64,000 bases of DNA from Candidatus Eremiobacteria bacterium (lineage in GTDB: Bacteria; Vulcanimicrobiota; Vulcanimicrobiia; Vulcanimicrobiales; Vulcanimicrobiaceae): assembly GCA_963737065.1 (NCBI GenBank), contig CAVTRC010000002.1, positions 320,001-384,000 of the forward strand. The letters are read 5' to 3'. The notes below the pieces were generated by a model. It was not told the DNA's origin. It searched no databases and saw only the letters and a list, made by a program, of their open reading frames with translations. The position numbers were made by a program, and so were the translations under genes. Shown here piece after piece: positions 1 to 8,561 of this stretch (positions are counted from its first letter, which is position 1; the number at the start of each line of letters is the position of its first letter).

Positions 1-89
1 TGGCCCTCGCCCTTGCGCGCGGCTTAGGGTATTGGACCGTCGCACCGCCTCAGCGGCCTCCAAGGAGAGCCCGAGTAGTATCGGTGTAG

Positions 90-782
90 ATGCTCACCAT
101 GGTAAATTCCCGCGTGGCCGTCATCGACGACGACCGCATGGTTCGTGAAATGCTCGAGCTGGGGCTTTCGCGCGAAGGATACGACGTTCAGACTGCATCC
201 GACGGCTTCGCGGCGCTCGATCTTGTGCGCCGCTTCGATCCCGAGGTTATCGTGCTGGACATCATGATGCCGAAAATCGACGGCATCACGCTCTTGCCGA
301 AACTTCGCGAAATCACGCAGGCACCGATTCTGATGCTGACGGCGAAGGGCGGCACCGACGACAAAGTGCAGAGCTTGAGTTCCGGTGCAGACGACTATCT
401 CGTCAAGCCGTTCATCTTCGAAGAATTGATCGCACGCATTCAAGCCAAGCTCCGGCGTCCGCAACTCATCGAAGAGCATGTTCTGCGTTGGCGCGACGTT
501 GCTATGAACCCGCAGACGCGTGAAGTCTGGCGCGGCAAGGACCCCATCGAACTGACGCAGCGGGAGTTCGACTTGCTGCAAGTGTTCATGCGCGAGCCGC
601 GGCGCGTCTTCAGCAAGGATCACTTGCTCGAAATCGTCTGGGGACACGACTTCGAGGGCGGTCCGAATATCGTCGAAACATACATCTCGTACCTTCGCGC
701 GAAGATCGATCGGCCCGGCGAGCGCGGCTCGTTTCTTCGCACCGTTCGAGGAGTCGGCTACGGGCTTTCGCAGCAGTCCTGA
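90..782 (+). CDS. OmpR/MprA-family DNA-binding response regulator
   Basis: Receiver motifs (VIDDD, LDIMMP, LTAK, DDYLVKPF) plus winged helix (LTQREFDLL, VETYISYLRAK, RTVRGVGY); start may be ATG 99. Confidence 0.95.
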   Translation: MLTMVNSRVAVIDDDRMVREMLELGLSREGYDVQTASDGFAALDLVRRFDPEVIVLDIMMPKIDGITLLPKLREITQAPILMLTAKGGTDDKVQSLSSGADDYLVKPFIFEELIARIQAKLRRPQLIEEHVLRWRDVAMNPQTREVWRGKDPIELTQREFDLLQVFMREPRRVFSKDHLLEIVWGHDFEGGPNIVETYISYLRAKIDRPGERGSFLRTVRGVGYGLSQQS

Positions 783-797
783 TACATCGAACACAGA

Positions 798-2186
798 ATG
801 AAGCAATCGCTCGCGTCGCGGCTCTCTGCGATGTACACCACGCTGCTCGGGATTACGATTCTCTTGGTGCTCGTTGCTTCGGGCATTGCGCTCGTACTCG
901 AGATGACGCGTTTCACCGGCGACATCGTGATCGCCAAACACGAAGAAGCGCGCATTATCACCGAGCAGAAACGTATGGAAGGACAATCGCTCGCGCAGAC
1001 CGCGCCGGAGCTGGTTGAAGATTTGAGTGGGATCGGCTTGCGCGTCGCGGTCTTCGATAACGAGGGCCGCTTCCTCGCGGGCGACAAGGCATTGCGCCCG
1101 AAGTTGCTCGATCGCGTCGTGGCGATGAATCAAGGGCGAATTCGTTTGATCTTTCCCGGGCCGCCGCCGGGCACGCCTCTTGAACGAACGCGTCATCCCG
1201 AGCCCCTCGACCTGACCGAAGTCGACGGCGGCTACGTCGCCTTTGAACCGTCGATTGCGTTGCTGCTCGTTTCGCTCTTGCCGTATTGGCGCGTCGTCAT
1301 TACGATCGCGATCGCAGCGGTGCTCGTGTCATGGTTTGTGGGCCGTCTCGTGGCACGTCAGGCGCTTCGCCCGGTCTCCGAGATCACCGATTCGCTGCGC
1401 GCGCTTGCGGCGGGCGACTTCACGCAGCGGCGCTTCATGGCGCCGGGCGGTGACGAGATCGGCGAGTTGACGATCGCGTATAACGACGCGGCGGCGGGCG
1501 TCGCGGCTGCGATGAGCGAGCGCCGGCAGACCGAAGAGCGGATGCGCCAATTTGTCGCCGATGCGGGACACGAGCTGCGCACGCCGCTCACGGTCATCGG
1601 CGGATACATCGACGTGCTGCGGCGCGGCGCGGTCGCCGAACCGACGATCGCGCGCCAGATTCTCGGGACGATGTCGATCGAGAAGGAACACATGCGCGGT
1701 CTCATCGACCGCTTGATGCGTCTTGCTCGCCTGGATTCCGAGACACCGCCCAACAAGGAGACGATCGACGTCGCGCAGCTTTTGCGCGATCAATGCGACG
1801 CTGCGCGGCGGCTCGATGATACGCGTCAGATCGATTACAGCGTCGACGGCGCGAGCGTGATTGAAGCGGACCGTGCCGAACTCGGCGAAGCGATCTGGAA
1901 CGTCATCGAAAACGCCTTGAAATACGCGCCCGACGCGCCGATCCATCTGCGCGCGAACCGGATGAACGGCCATACCGCGATTACCGTTAGCGACGAGGGA
2001 CCGGGGATGAGCGAATCCGAGCGCATTCACGCGTTCGAGCGTTTCTATCGCGGCGACCAGCGCGGCGAAATCAACGGAAGCGGGCTCGGTCTGGCGATTG
2101 CCAAACGCGCGGTCGAGCGTGCCGGCGGCTCGATCGAACTGCAGAGCGCGCCCAATCACGGCACGACGGTCGTCATCACACTTTAA
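798..2186 (+). CDS. HAMP-domain sensor histidine kinase (MprB/TcrY-like)
   Basis: Two TM segments, HAMP, H-box FVADAGHELRTPL, N-box NALKY, G-boxes DEGPG and GSGLGLAI. Confidence 0.95.
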   Translation: MKQSLASRLSAMYTTLLGITILLVLVASGIALVLEMTRFTGDIVIAKHEEARIITEQKRMEGQSLAQTAPELVEDLSGIGLRVAVFDNEGRFLAGDKALRPKLLDRVVAMNQGRIRLIFPGPPPGTPLERTRHPEPLDLTEVDGGYVAFEPSIALLLVSLLPYWRVVITIAIAAVLVSWFVGRLVARQALRPVSEITDSLRALAAGDFTQRRFMAPGGDEIGELTIAYNDAAAGVAAAMSERRQTEERMRQFVADAGHELRTPLTVIGGYIDVLRRGAVAEPTIARQILGTMSIEKEHMRGLIDRLMRLARLDSETPPNKETIDVAQLLRDQCDAARRLDDTRQIDYSVDGASVIEADRAELGEAIWNVIENALKYAPDAPIHLRANRMNGHTAITVSDEGPGMSESERIHAFERFYRGDQRGEINGSGLGLAIAKRAVERAGGSIELQSAPNHGTTVVITL

Positions 2187-2242
2187 TCCAGATCGATCAT
2201 TTCCTCAGTCTCTTATCAGCCGTTTTCGCAAAAATCAGCGCG

Positions 2243-5200
2243 ATGGTCTGTCGTTTGCTTGCCGTTTGGAGCGCGCTTGCCCTGTTGTTCGTTTCGGTTC
2301 CCGCTGCGGTGCTCGCACAGGACGATTCGGGCTCGATCCGCATTATCGTGAACGATGAAAGCGGAAAGACGCCGCTCGCGCTCGCGCGCGTCGTGCTCGA
2401 CGGTCCCGTCGTCACGAGCGAGCTAACCGGCAAACGCGGAGACGTCTACTTCACCGACGTACCAGACGGCATCTATCACGCCCGCATCGCCGCCCGCGGC
2501 TATCAGACGATCACGTCGGCACCGTTTGAGGTCGTCAACGGTCGTAACGTAACGGTGAACGTCACGCTCGCGCTCGCGACGAATCTGAAGATCATCGGAT
2601 CGGTCACCGCCAAGTCGTCCGCGTCGATCTCCACTACGTCGATCAACGAGAACTCGCCGCAGCGGAAGCTCTCGTCCGATCTCGCCGACGCACTCAATAA
2701 GCTCTCCGGCGTCAACGTGTCGACATCGGGCGACGACAGCGACTCCGAGCAAACGATATCGCTCGAAGGTCACGATCCCAGCCAGACGCAGTTGACGCTT
2801 GACGGGATCCCGCTCAACGCCCCGGGCCAATCCGGAAACCTCGGCGGATTCGCGACCGATCTCTTCGGCGGCGCCTCGGTCCATCAAGGACCGGGCATCG
2901 GCGGTCTTGGCGGCAGCGTCGGGTTTTCGACGTTGCAACCGACGTTAACGTGGCGCTCCACGCTGCAGCTCGGGGTCGGAAGCAACGGCCGCTACAACTA
3001 TTCGATGGGCGAAACCGGATCGTTCGGTAAACTCGGCACGGCGTTGCAGGGGACGTATCGATCGTATCCGAGCCTGGCCGACGGCATGACCTACCTCGAC
3101 GCGAGCGGTCTCGACTATTCGCACAATGGCGATTCCGGGATCGCAGGCGAACTCGCGCGCTTCCGCTATCAGTTCAGCGATTCCCAGACGTTGACGGGAA
3201 CGTTCCTCGGATCGAGCCGCTCGACCAACCTTGTGTGCCTGCGCATCACGCAAGCGGTGCCCTGCGGGTACGGTCCGGATAACACGTCGAGCAGCAACGT
3301 TCAAATGTATTCGCTTCAGGACAACGCGCTCGTCGGTCAAACGAGCATTGTGGCGTCGATCTATTCCACGTCGTTCTTCAACCTTAACGACCAGCTCAAC
3401 CGCTACGTTGACGGCGTGGCTCAGCCGATCGGCTTCGCGACGGACACGAGTAGTCACGGCTACACCGTGAGCGCGACGCTCCCCGAACGAGAGCGCCACA
3501 CGATTTCGTTGCAGGCATACGGCGCGTGGACCGATCAGAGCACCTCGCCGCTCGTCGCGCAAGCGCAACCGTACTACAACAGTGCGCAGTATTCGAACTA
3601 CAACGCGTTTCAGTTAACGGACACGATCTACTCCAACGATAAGTTGACGCTATCCGAATCCGTTGGAGGGAACCGTTCGATCCGCGGTCTCTCGAGCGGG
3701 CTCGCGACGATCGGCGCAACGTGGAAACCGACGACGCGCGATACATGGAGCGGCTACGTGTCGCTCGGTGGTGTGGCGCCGACGCTGTCGCGCTCGACGG
3801 TGCTTACCGACCCCGCGTCGCTGCGTTTCGACTGCAACGGAAACGTCATTTACGGCAACGCGCCCGGCGATCAGCCGGCCGCGAGTTCTTCATCTTCGGA
3901 ACGCGTCGGTTACACGCGCGCGTTCCGCGGAACGTCGGTGACGTTCCAGCTCTATAACCAAATACAAAACGGCACGGTGCTGCCGGTGCAAGTCAATGGG
4001 TCCGTGCTCTCCGCAAACGGCACGATCTCGCCGCAATATCTCGACGCCGTTCAGCAAGTCTACCAATCGACCGCGGGATGTTCTGCGAAGACGCCGCTGA
4101 ATGCAACGCAACTCTACTTCACGACGCCGGTCGGCGGCGTGAAGCGCGTGTTCCAGGGCGGTTCCGTGAGCGGCTTCGTCACGCTTGGAAACGTCATCGC
4201 GCAGCCGTTCTGGGATGTGAACGTTTCGAAGATCGTTTCGAACGATCCGCGCATCGACAATCCATATTCGATCGAGATTCCCGGCGATCAAGTCCCGAAC
4301 GTGCCGTTACAGCGCGGCGGCATCGTGCTCGACTATAAGTCTCCGCACTCGGCGATCGAGTGGCTTGCCGACGCGATGTACACGGGGAAGAACAATCCGA
4401 ATAACCTGCCGGCATACACGACGTTCGACGTGGGTGCGAGCACGGCGTTCGATCGAGGATCGCTAACGTTTGCGGTGAGCAACATCGGCAACACCTACGC
4501 CGGTACCTTCGCAAGTCCGCAATATGCGGTGCCGTACGTCACGCAGAACGGGACGTTCGTTCCGACGATTGCCCGTCCGCTTACGCCGCGGACGTATTCC
4601 GTCACGTATAATGCGAAGTTCGGCGCGGGCGGGTCGAATTTCGGGCAATCGCCCGTCGAAGTCGGGCGCCCGAGTATTCCGGGTGCACGTGGCGCGCGCG
4701 GCGGGCCGGGCGCAGCGGGCGCTCCCGGTGGACCAGGCGGCGGCCGTGAAGGCGGCGGCTTCCGTTCGATGTTCAGTCCGCTCCCCACGTCTGCGCCTTC
4801 GAACGCGCTCGACGTGCAGACCGCGTCGTGCACGGGCGACGCGCTTGCGACCTCTCAGAAACTTTCTGCCGGATTGAAGGCCTACGTTGCGCGCATCGAC
4901 GCAGCGAAAACCGCGCAAGGCTACCCTGCGTCAATGCCGCCGCCGTCGATCGACGGAGCGACCGTCACGTATCATGGCATGGGATCGACTTACGCGCTCA
5001 CGATCGTTCCACGCTTGCAATCGCAATCCGGAAACGTGGAGCTCGCATCGGAAGTGGTCGCGAATGCAGCGAAGTCGCCGAACGCGCAACGCGGCGAACG
5101 GGGCGGCGGTTTCCGCGCGTTCCTCGGATGTTTTCCGCTCCATATTGCAACGAGCGACGACGTGACGAGCCGTCATCTCTACACGCAGACGGGGACGTTC

Positions 5201-5677
5201 CGCGGCTTGCAGTTGACCTTTATGCCCCAGGTCGGACTGTATTTCAATCCGCGTCCGCAGCAGGCCGGTCAGGAAACGTTCCGTGTCTACGCGCTGCCGC
5301 AGAAGCCTCCCTCGAATCCGTTCGAAGTGCGCACGGCCGCGTCGTGTACCGGGGATGCGCGCAGCACCGCAACCGAAGCGCTCGACGAACTCAAAGCGTA
5401 TTTTGCGAATCCGTCAGCCGGGAAGACGGCGCTGTGGACGATCGCACCGCACACCGCGAAGAGCGGAACGTGGTACGATCTGATGCCGGGCGATCCGGCG
5501 ATCATCGGTTCGCTCTTGAGTTGCGGGCGCATTGGAAATGCAACGCCTCAGGACATCGTCGCTAAAGGCTGGGACGGGGCGATGCCGCCGCATCTGAATT
5601 ACGCTGCGCCGTACGGGCTCTACATCATTCGGCCGCAGCCGAATCCGAATCAGTCGCCTCGGCCGAGCGGCCCATAG
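2243..5677 (+). CDS. TonB-dependent receptor-like outer-membrane protein with N-terminal carboxypeptidase-regulatory-like domain and long C-terminal extension
   Basis: Signal peptide; plug motifs (LADALNKLSGV, ISLEG, LTLDGIPLN); late-barrel motifs (LPAYTTFDVGAS, LTFAVSNIGN, PRTYSVTY); then about 350 extra residues. Confidence 0.8.
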   Translation: MVCRLLAVWSALALLFVSVPAAVLAQDDSGSIRIIVNDESGKTPLALARVVLDGPVVTSELTGKRGDVYFTDVPDGIYHARIAARGYQTITSAPFEVVNGRNVTVNVTLALATNLKIIGSVTAKSSASISTTSINENSPQRKLSSDLADALNKLSGVNVSTSGDDSDSEQTISLEGHDPSQTQLTLDGIPLNAPGQSGNLGGFATDLFGGASVHQGPGIGGLGGSVGFSTLQPTLTWRSTLQLGVGSNGRYNYSMGETGSFGKLGTALQGTYRSYPSLADGMTYLDASGLDYSHNGDSGIAGELARFRYQFSDSQTLTGTFLGSSRSTNLVCLRITQAVPCGYGPDNTSSSNVQMYSLQDNALVGQTSIVASIYSTSFFNLNDQLNRYVDGVAQPIGFATDTSSHGYTVSATLPERERHTISLQAYGAWTDQSTSPLVAQAQPYYNSAQYSNYNAFQLTDTIYSNDKLTLSESVGGNRSIRGLSSGLATIGATWKPTTRDTWSGYVSLGGVAPTLSRSTVLTDPASLRFDCNGNVIYGNAPGDQPAASSSSSERVGYTRAFRGTSVTFQLYNQIQNGTVLPVQVNGSVLSANGTISPQYLDAVQQVYQSTAGCSAKTPLNATQLYFTTPVGGVKRVFQGGSVSGFVTLGNVIAQPFWDVNVSKIVSNDPRIDNPYSIEIPGDQVPNVPLQRGGIVLDYKSPHSAIEWLADAMYTGKNNPNNLPAYTTFDVGASTAFDRGSLTFAVSNIGNTYAGTFASPQYAVPYVTQNGTFVPTIARPLTPRTYSVTYNAKFGAGGSNFGQSPVEVGRPSIPGARGARGGPGAAGAPGGPGGGREGGGFRSMFSPLPTSAPSNALDVQTASCTGDALATSQKLSAGLKAYVARIDAAKTAQGYPASMPPPSIDGATVTYHGMGSTYALTIVPRLQSQSGNVELASEVVANAAKSPNAQRGERGGGFRAFLGCFPLHIATSDDVTSRHLYTQTGTFRGLQLTFMPQVGLYFNPRPQQAGQETFRVYALPQKPPSNPFEVRTAASCTGDARSTATEALDELKAYFANPSAGKTALWTIAPHTAKSGTWYDLMPGDPAIIGSLLSCGRIGNATPQDIVAKGWDGAMPPHLNYAAPYGLYIIRPQPNPNQSPRPSGP

Positions 5678-6206
5678 CGCGGCCGAGATCAACCATCTCG
5701 CGCATGCGCGGATGGTCGCCCGGAATCGTGGTCACCCATGATTCGAACCGCGGTACTCGCTCGCCGAGGCGGAACAGCACGTACCACACGTTCATATCCC
5801 CGATGAACGAAAAGCGTTTCTTGACGTCTTTGGCGATCGCGTCGTAGCCCGAAAACGACGCGACGTAGCGGTGGAAGTCACCGTACTCGTGTACGAGGTC
5901 ATGGAGCGCGCGCGCGTTTGCGACGGTGGCTGCCACTTTGCGGCGCATGCGCAGAATGCCGGGTTCGGAAAGAACCCGCTCGATATCGGCTTCGGTAAAT
6001 TTCGCAACGCGGTCGATGTCGAATCCGTCGAATGCGCGCCGGTAAGCGTCCCACTGTAACGAAATTTGCGCCCAGCTTACGCCCGCCTGAAACACCGCCC
6101 GCGTCATCACTTCGAAGACGTCGGCGAGTTGCGGATTCACGACGACTTCCGGCACGCGGGTTTGCGCGTTCAAGGCAAGCGGGTCAGGGGGCGTTTCGCG
6201 GGGCAT
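5625..6206 (-). CDS. DNA-3-methyladenine glycosylase I family protein
   Basis: FQAGVSW, AFDGFDIDRVA, GILRMRRKVAATVANA, KKRFSFIG motifs; overlaps 3' end of the receptor gene convergently. Confidence 0.8.
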   Translation of the reverse strand: MPRETPPDPLALNAQTRVPEVVVNPQLADVFEVMTRAVFQAGVSWAQISLQWDAYRRAFDGFDIDRVAKFTEADIERVLSEPGILRMRRKVAATVANARALHDLVHEYGDFHRYVASFSGYDAIAKDVKKRFSFIGDMNVWYVLFRLGERVPRFESWVTTIPGDHPRMREMVDLGRAMGRSAEATDSDSAAAE

Positions 6207-7362
6207 CGAGCGCAAGTGCCGTCATCATCGCAACGCCGTTGCGTAGCGCCGATTCATCGATGTCGAAAAGGCTGGAGTGATGCGGATGGCTCGTTTCCGG
6301 CGAGCTGCTCGCACCGAGCGTATAAAAACACGCCGGGACACGTTGCGCAAAGAACGAGAAATCTTCCGCGCCCATCAGCTGCGACGCGTCGACGACCATG
6401 TGATCTTCGACGAGGTTCGTCGCGAGCGCACGCGCGTATTGCGTTTGGTGCGCGTCATTCACCGTGACCGGATAGCGCCAGAGATACGTGTACTCGTACG
6501 TCGCGCCCGATGCATCGCAACACGCATTGAGCACGCGTTCGATGCGTCCCGGCATCGCTTCGCGAACCTCATTGGAAAACGCGCGAACGGTTCCCAGCAT
6601 GCGGCATTGCCGCGGAATCACATTGTGCGTCGTTCCCGCATAAATCGATCCGATCGTAACGACGGCAGGCTCGAGCGGATCGACTTGCCGCGATACGACT
6701 TGCTGGACGGACGTGATGAATGTTGCGGCCGTGTAGATTGGATCGATTGCGTCGTGCGGCGCTGAGCCGTGCCCACCGACCCCAATGACGTCGATCTCGA
6801 CCGAGTCGCTCGATGCGTACATCGGGCCTTCGCGAAATCCCAGCACGCCCGTCTGATATTTAGTGGAAAGATGAAGACCGTACGCGCGTTCGATTCCGAA
6901 TCGCTCGAAGAGACCGTCCTCAATCATGACCTTTGCGCCGCCAAGGCCTTCCTCGGCAGGTTGGAAAACGAGGCAGACCGTGCCGCTGAGTTCATCGCGG
7001 CGTTCGGCAATCAATGCGGCCGCACCGAGCAACACGGCGACATGTCCGTCGTGTCCGCACGCATGCATTCGTCCATCGGCCTGCGAGCGATACGCGTGCG
7101 TTCGTTCTTCCGTAATCGGAAGCGCGTCCATATCCGCGCGCAACATGATCGTGCGCCCCGGCTGCGCACCGTGCATCACGCCGACAACTCCGGTACCGCC
7201 GATGCGCTCGTGGACGTCGAACCCGAGCGCGCGCAGCCGGTCGGCGACGATACCGGCCGTGCGATGTTCTTGGAATCCGAGCTCCGGATGCATGTGCAGG
7301 TCTCGTCGAATCAAAATGACGTCATCGCACAAGCGCTCGGGAACGGTGATTGTCGGTGCCAT
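6184..7362 (-). CDS. M20 family amidohydrolase
   Basis: RRDLHMHPELGFQE, LRADMDALP, MHACGHDGH, FQPAEEG, GAEDF; start set at ATG 7362. Confidence 0.95.
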   Translation of the reverse strand: MAPTITVPERLCDDVILIRRDLHMHPELGFQEHRTAGIVADRLRALGFDVHERIGGTGVVGVMHGAQPGRTIMLRADMDALPITEERTHAYRSQADGRMHACGHDGHVAVLLGAAALIAERRDELSGTVCLVFQPAEEGLGGAKVMIEDGLFERFGIERAYGLHLSTKYQTGVLGFREGPMYASSDSVEIDVIGVGGHGSAPHDAIDPIYTAATFITSVQQVVSRQVDPLEPAVVTIGSIYAGTTHNVIPRQCRMLGTVRAFSNEVREAMPGRIERVLNACCDASGATYEYTYLWRYPVTVNDAHQTQYARALATNLVEDHMVVDASQLMGAEDFSFFAQRVPACFYTLGASSSPETSHPHHSSLFDIDESALRNGVAMMTALALDAPRNAP

Positions 7363-7523
7363 TCGTGCTCGTTCTTCGAGGCTACATCCGGTTCCGTGTG
7401 GGACTTGGGCCCTCCGCGGTATCCGAATCGCAGAAGGGACTTTAGTCGCAAGAGTCGGAAAAGGCCGCACACGCTCGCGGGATGGGGCGTTGAGCGCAAA
7501 CGTATCTTGGGGACCCACGGCTC

Positions 7524-7955
7524 ATGACGAAGACGGAATTGTTCACGGAGTACGGTTCGTATCACGCGGACCGGCGCAACCGTGTTTGTCATGCCGTTGG
7601 GATTCCATTGATCGTGTTGGGGATTATGGGTCTTGGGCACCTCGTGGCCCTCGGTCCGGTCGATCTCGCGGCCTTGGCCGCGATTGGCGTCCTCATCTAC
7701 TACGCCGCCATCGATCTTCGCGGTGCTTTGCTCTCGACGATCGTCTTCGCGATTCTGTACCTAATCGCGATCCGGTTGTCGTGGCAGATCAGTTTGGGAG
7801 CCTTCGTCCTCGGATGGGTCTTTCAACTCGCCGGCCATCGCTTCGAAGGAACCAGACCGAAATTTTTGGAGAACCTCGTGTACCTCCTCATCGGCCCGCT
7901 CTACATGTTCGAAGAGACGTTCGACGCCGTGACGCGATCGAGGCGCTTGACTTAA
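7524..7955 (+). CDS. DUF962/Mpo1-like membrane protein
   Basis: YGSYH, NRVCHAVGIP, GWVFQLAGHRFEGTRP motifs. Confidence 0.85.
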   Translation: MTKTELFTEYGSYHADRRNRVCHAVGIPLIVLGIMGLGHLVALGPVDLAALAAIGVLIYYAAIDLRGALLSTIVFAILYLIAIRLSWQISLGAFVLGWVFQLAGHRFEGTRPKFLENLVYLLIGPLYMFEETFDAVTRSRRLT

Positions 7956-8089
7956 CTTTGCTGACAATAGCGTGGTAGGCATCCATTCTTCGGATGGGGT
8001 TAGGGTCCCACGGTAGCGTTTCCAACGTACCACGGCGAGTCTTACCAGTCGTTGACCACCACGTCGCACTTTGAGGAGTTTCTCGTTTC

Positions 8090-8431
8090 GTGTACGTAGA
8101 TGAAATGTTGAACTGTGTGGATTGCGGCCGGCAGTTCGTATTTAGCGCCGGTGAACAGAAGTTCTACGAGCAAAAAGGCTTCCAGAACAAGCCAAACCGT
8201 TGCCCTGACTGCCGCTCCGCGCGCAAAGCGATGCGCGCGCAAAACGGTGGTGGTAGTAGTGGTGGCGGCATGGGCACGGGCATGGGAGAACGTGGGGGCG
8301 GCCGTCCTCGTGAAATGTTCCAAGCGACATGCAGCAACTGCGGTAACGTCGCTGAAGTACCGTTCAATCCTCGCGGTGACAAGCCAGTATACTGCCGCGA
8401 CTGCTTCCAGTCGCGGCCGTCGTACCGATAA
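8090..8431 (+). CDS. Double zinc-ribbon protein (CxxC-x17-CxxC family)
   Basis: CVDCG..FVFSAGEQKFY..KGF..P.RCPDCR and CSNCG..AEVPF.P...KPVYCRDCF; RBS GAGGAG; GTG start. Confidence 0.9.
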   Translation: MYVDEMLNCVDCGRQFVFSAGEQKFYEQKGFQNKPNRCPDCRSARKAMRAQNGGGSSGGGMGTGMGERGGGRPREMFQATCSNCGNVAEVPFNPRGDKPVYCRDCFQSRPSYR

Positions 8432-8509
8432 TTTCCGCCTGGTGTCGTCAGCGGCGGCCTTGTGTGCCATAGCACACTGCGGCCGTCGCTTCCTAACCAG
8501 ACGAAAATT
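8430..8509. repeat. Dispersed palindromic element, copy 1
   Basis: Long imperfect hairpin with GTGTGC-CATA-GCACAC apex; related copies at 46962 and 59209. Confidence 0.75.
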
Positions 8510-8528
8510 CTCGGTACGACGATGTTGC

Positions 8529-8561
8529 GAGTTCGCCTAATTGGCGGGCTCTTTTGTTTTT
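8529..8561 (+). terminator. Intrinsic terminator after zinc-ribbon gene
   Basis: GAGTTCGCC-TAATT-GGCGGGCTC followed by TTTTGTTTTT. Confidence 0.8.

Noticed and set aside
24..1196. Long antisense ORFs (this one, and 11834-12736, 43038-44219, 45607-46647, 57909-59060)
   Set aside because: Shadow ORFs opposite well-supported genes; expected from high-GC codon bias; no motifs
5625..5677. 53-bp convergent overlap of receptor and glycosylase genes
   Set aside because: Both overlapping tails are low-complexity; common in GC-rich genomes
7363..7523. Divergent spacer examined for a riboswitch
   Set aside because: No recognisable consensus or convincing long stem
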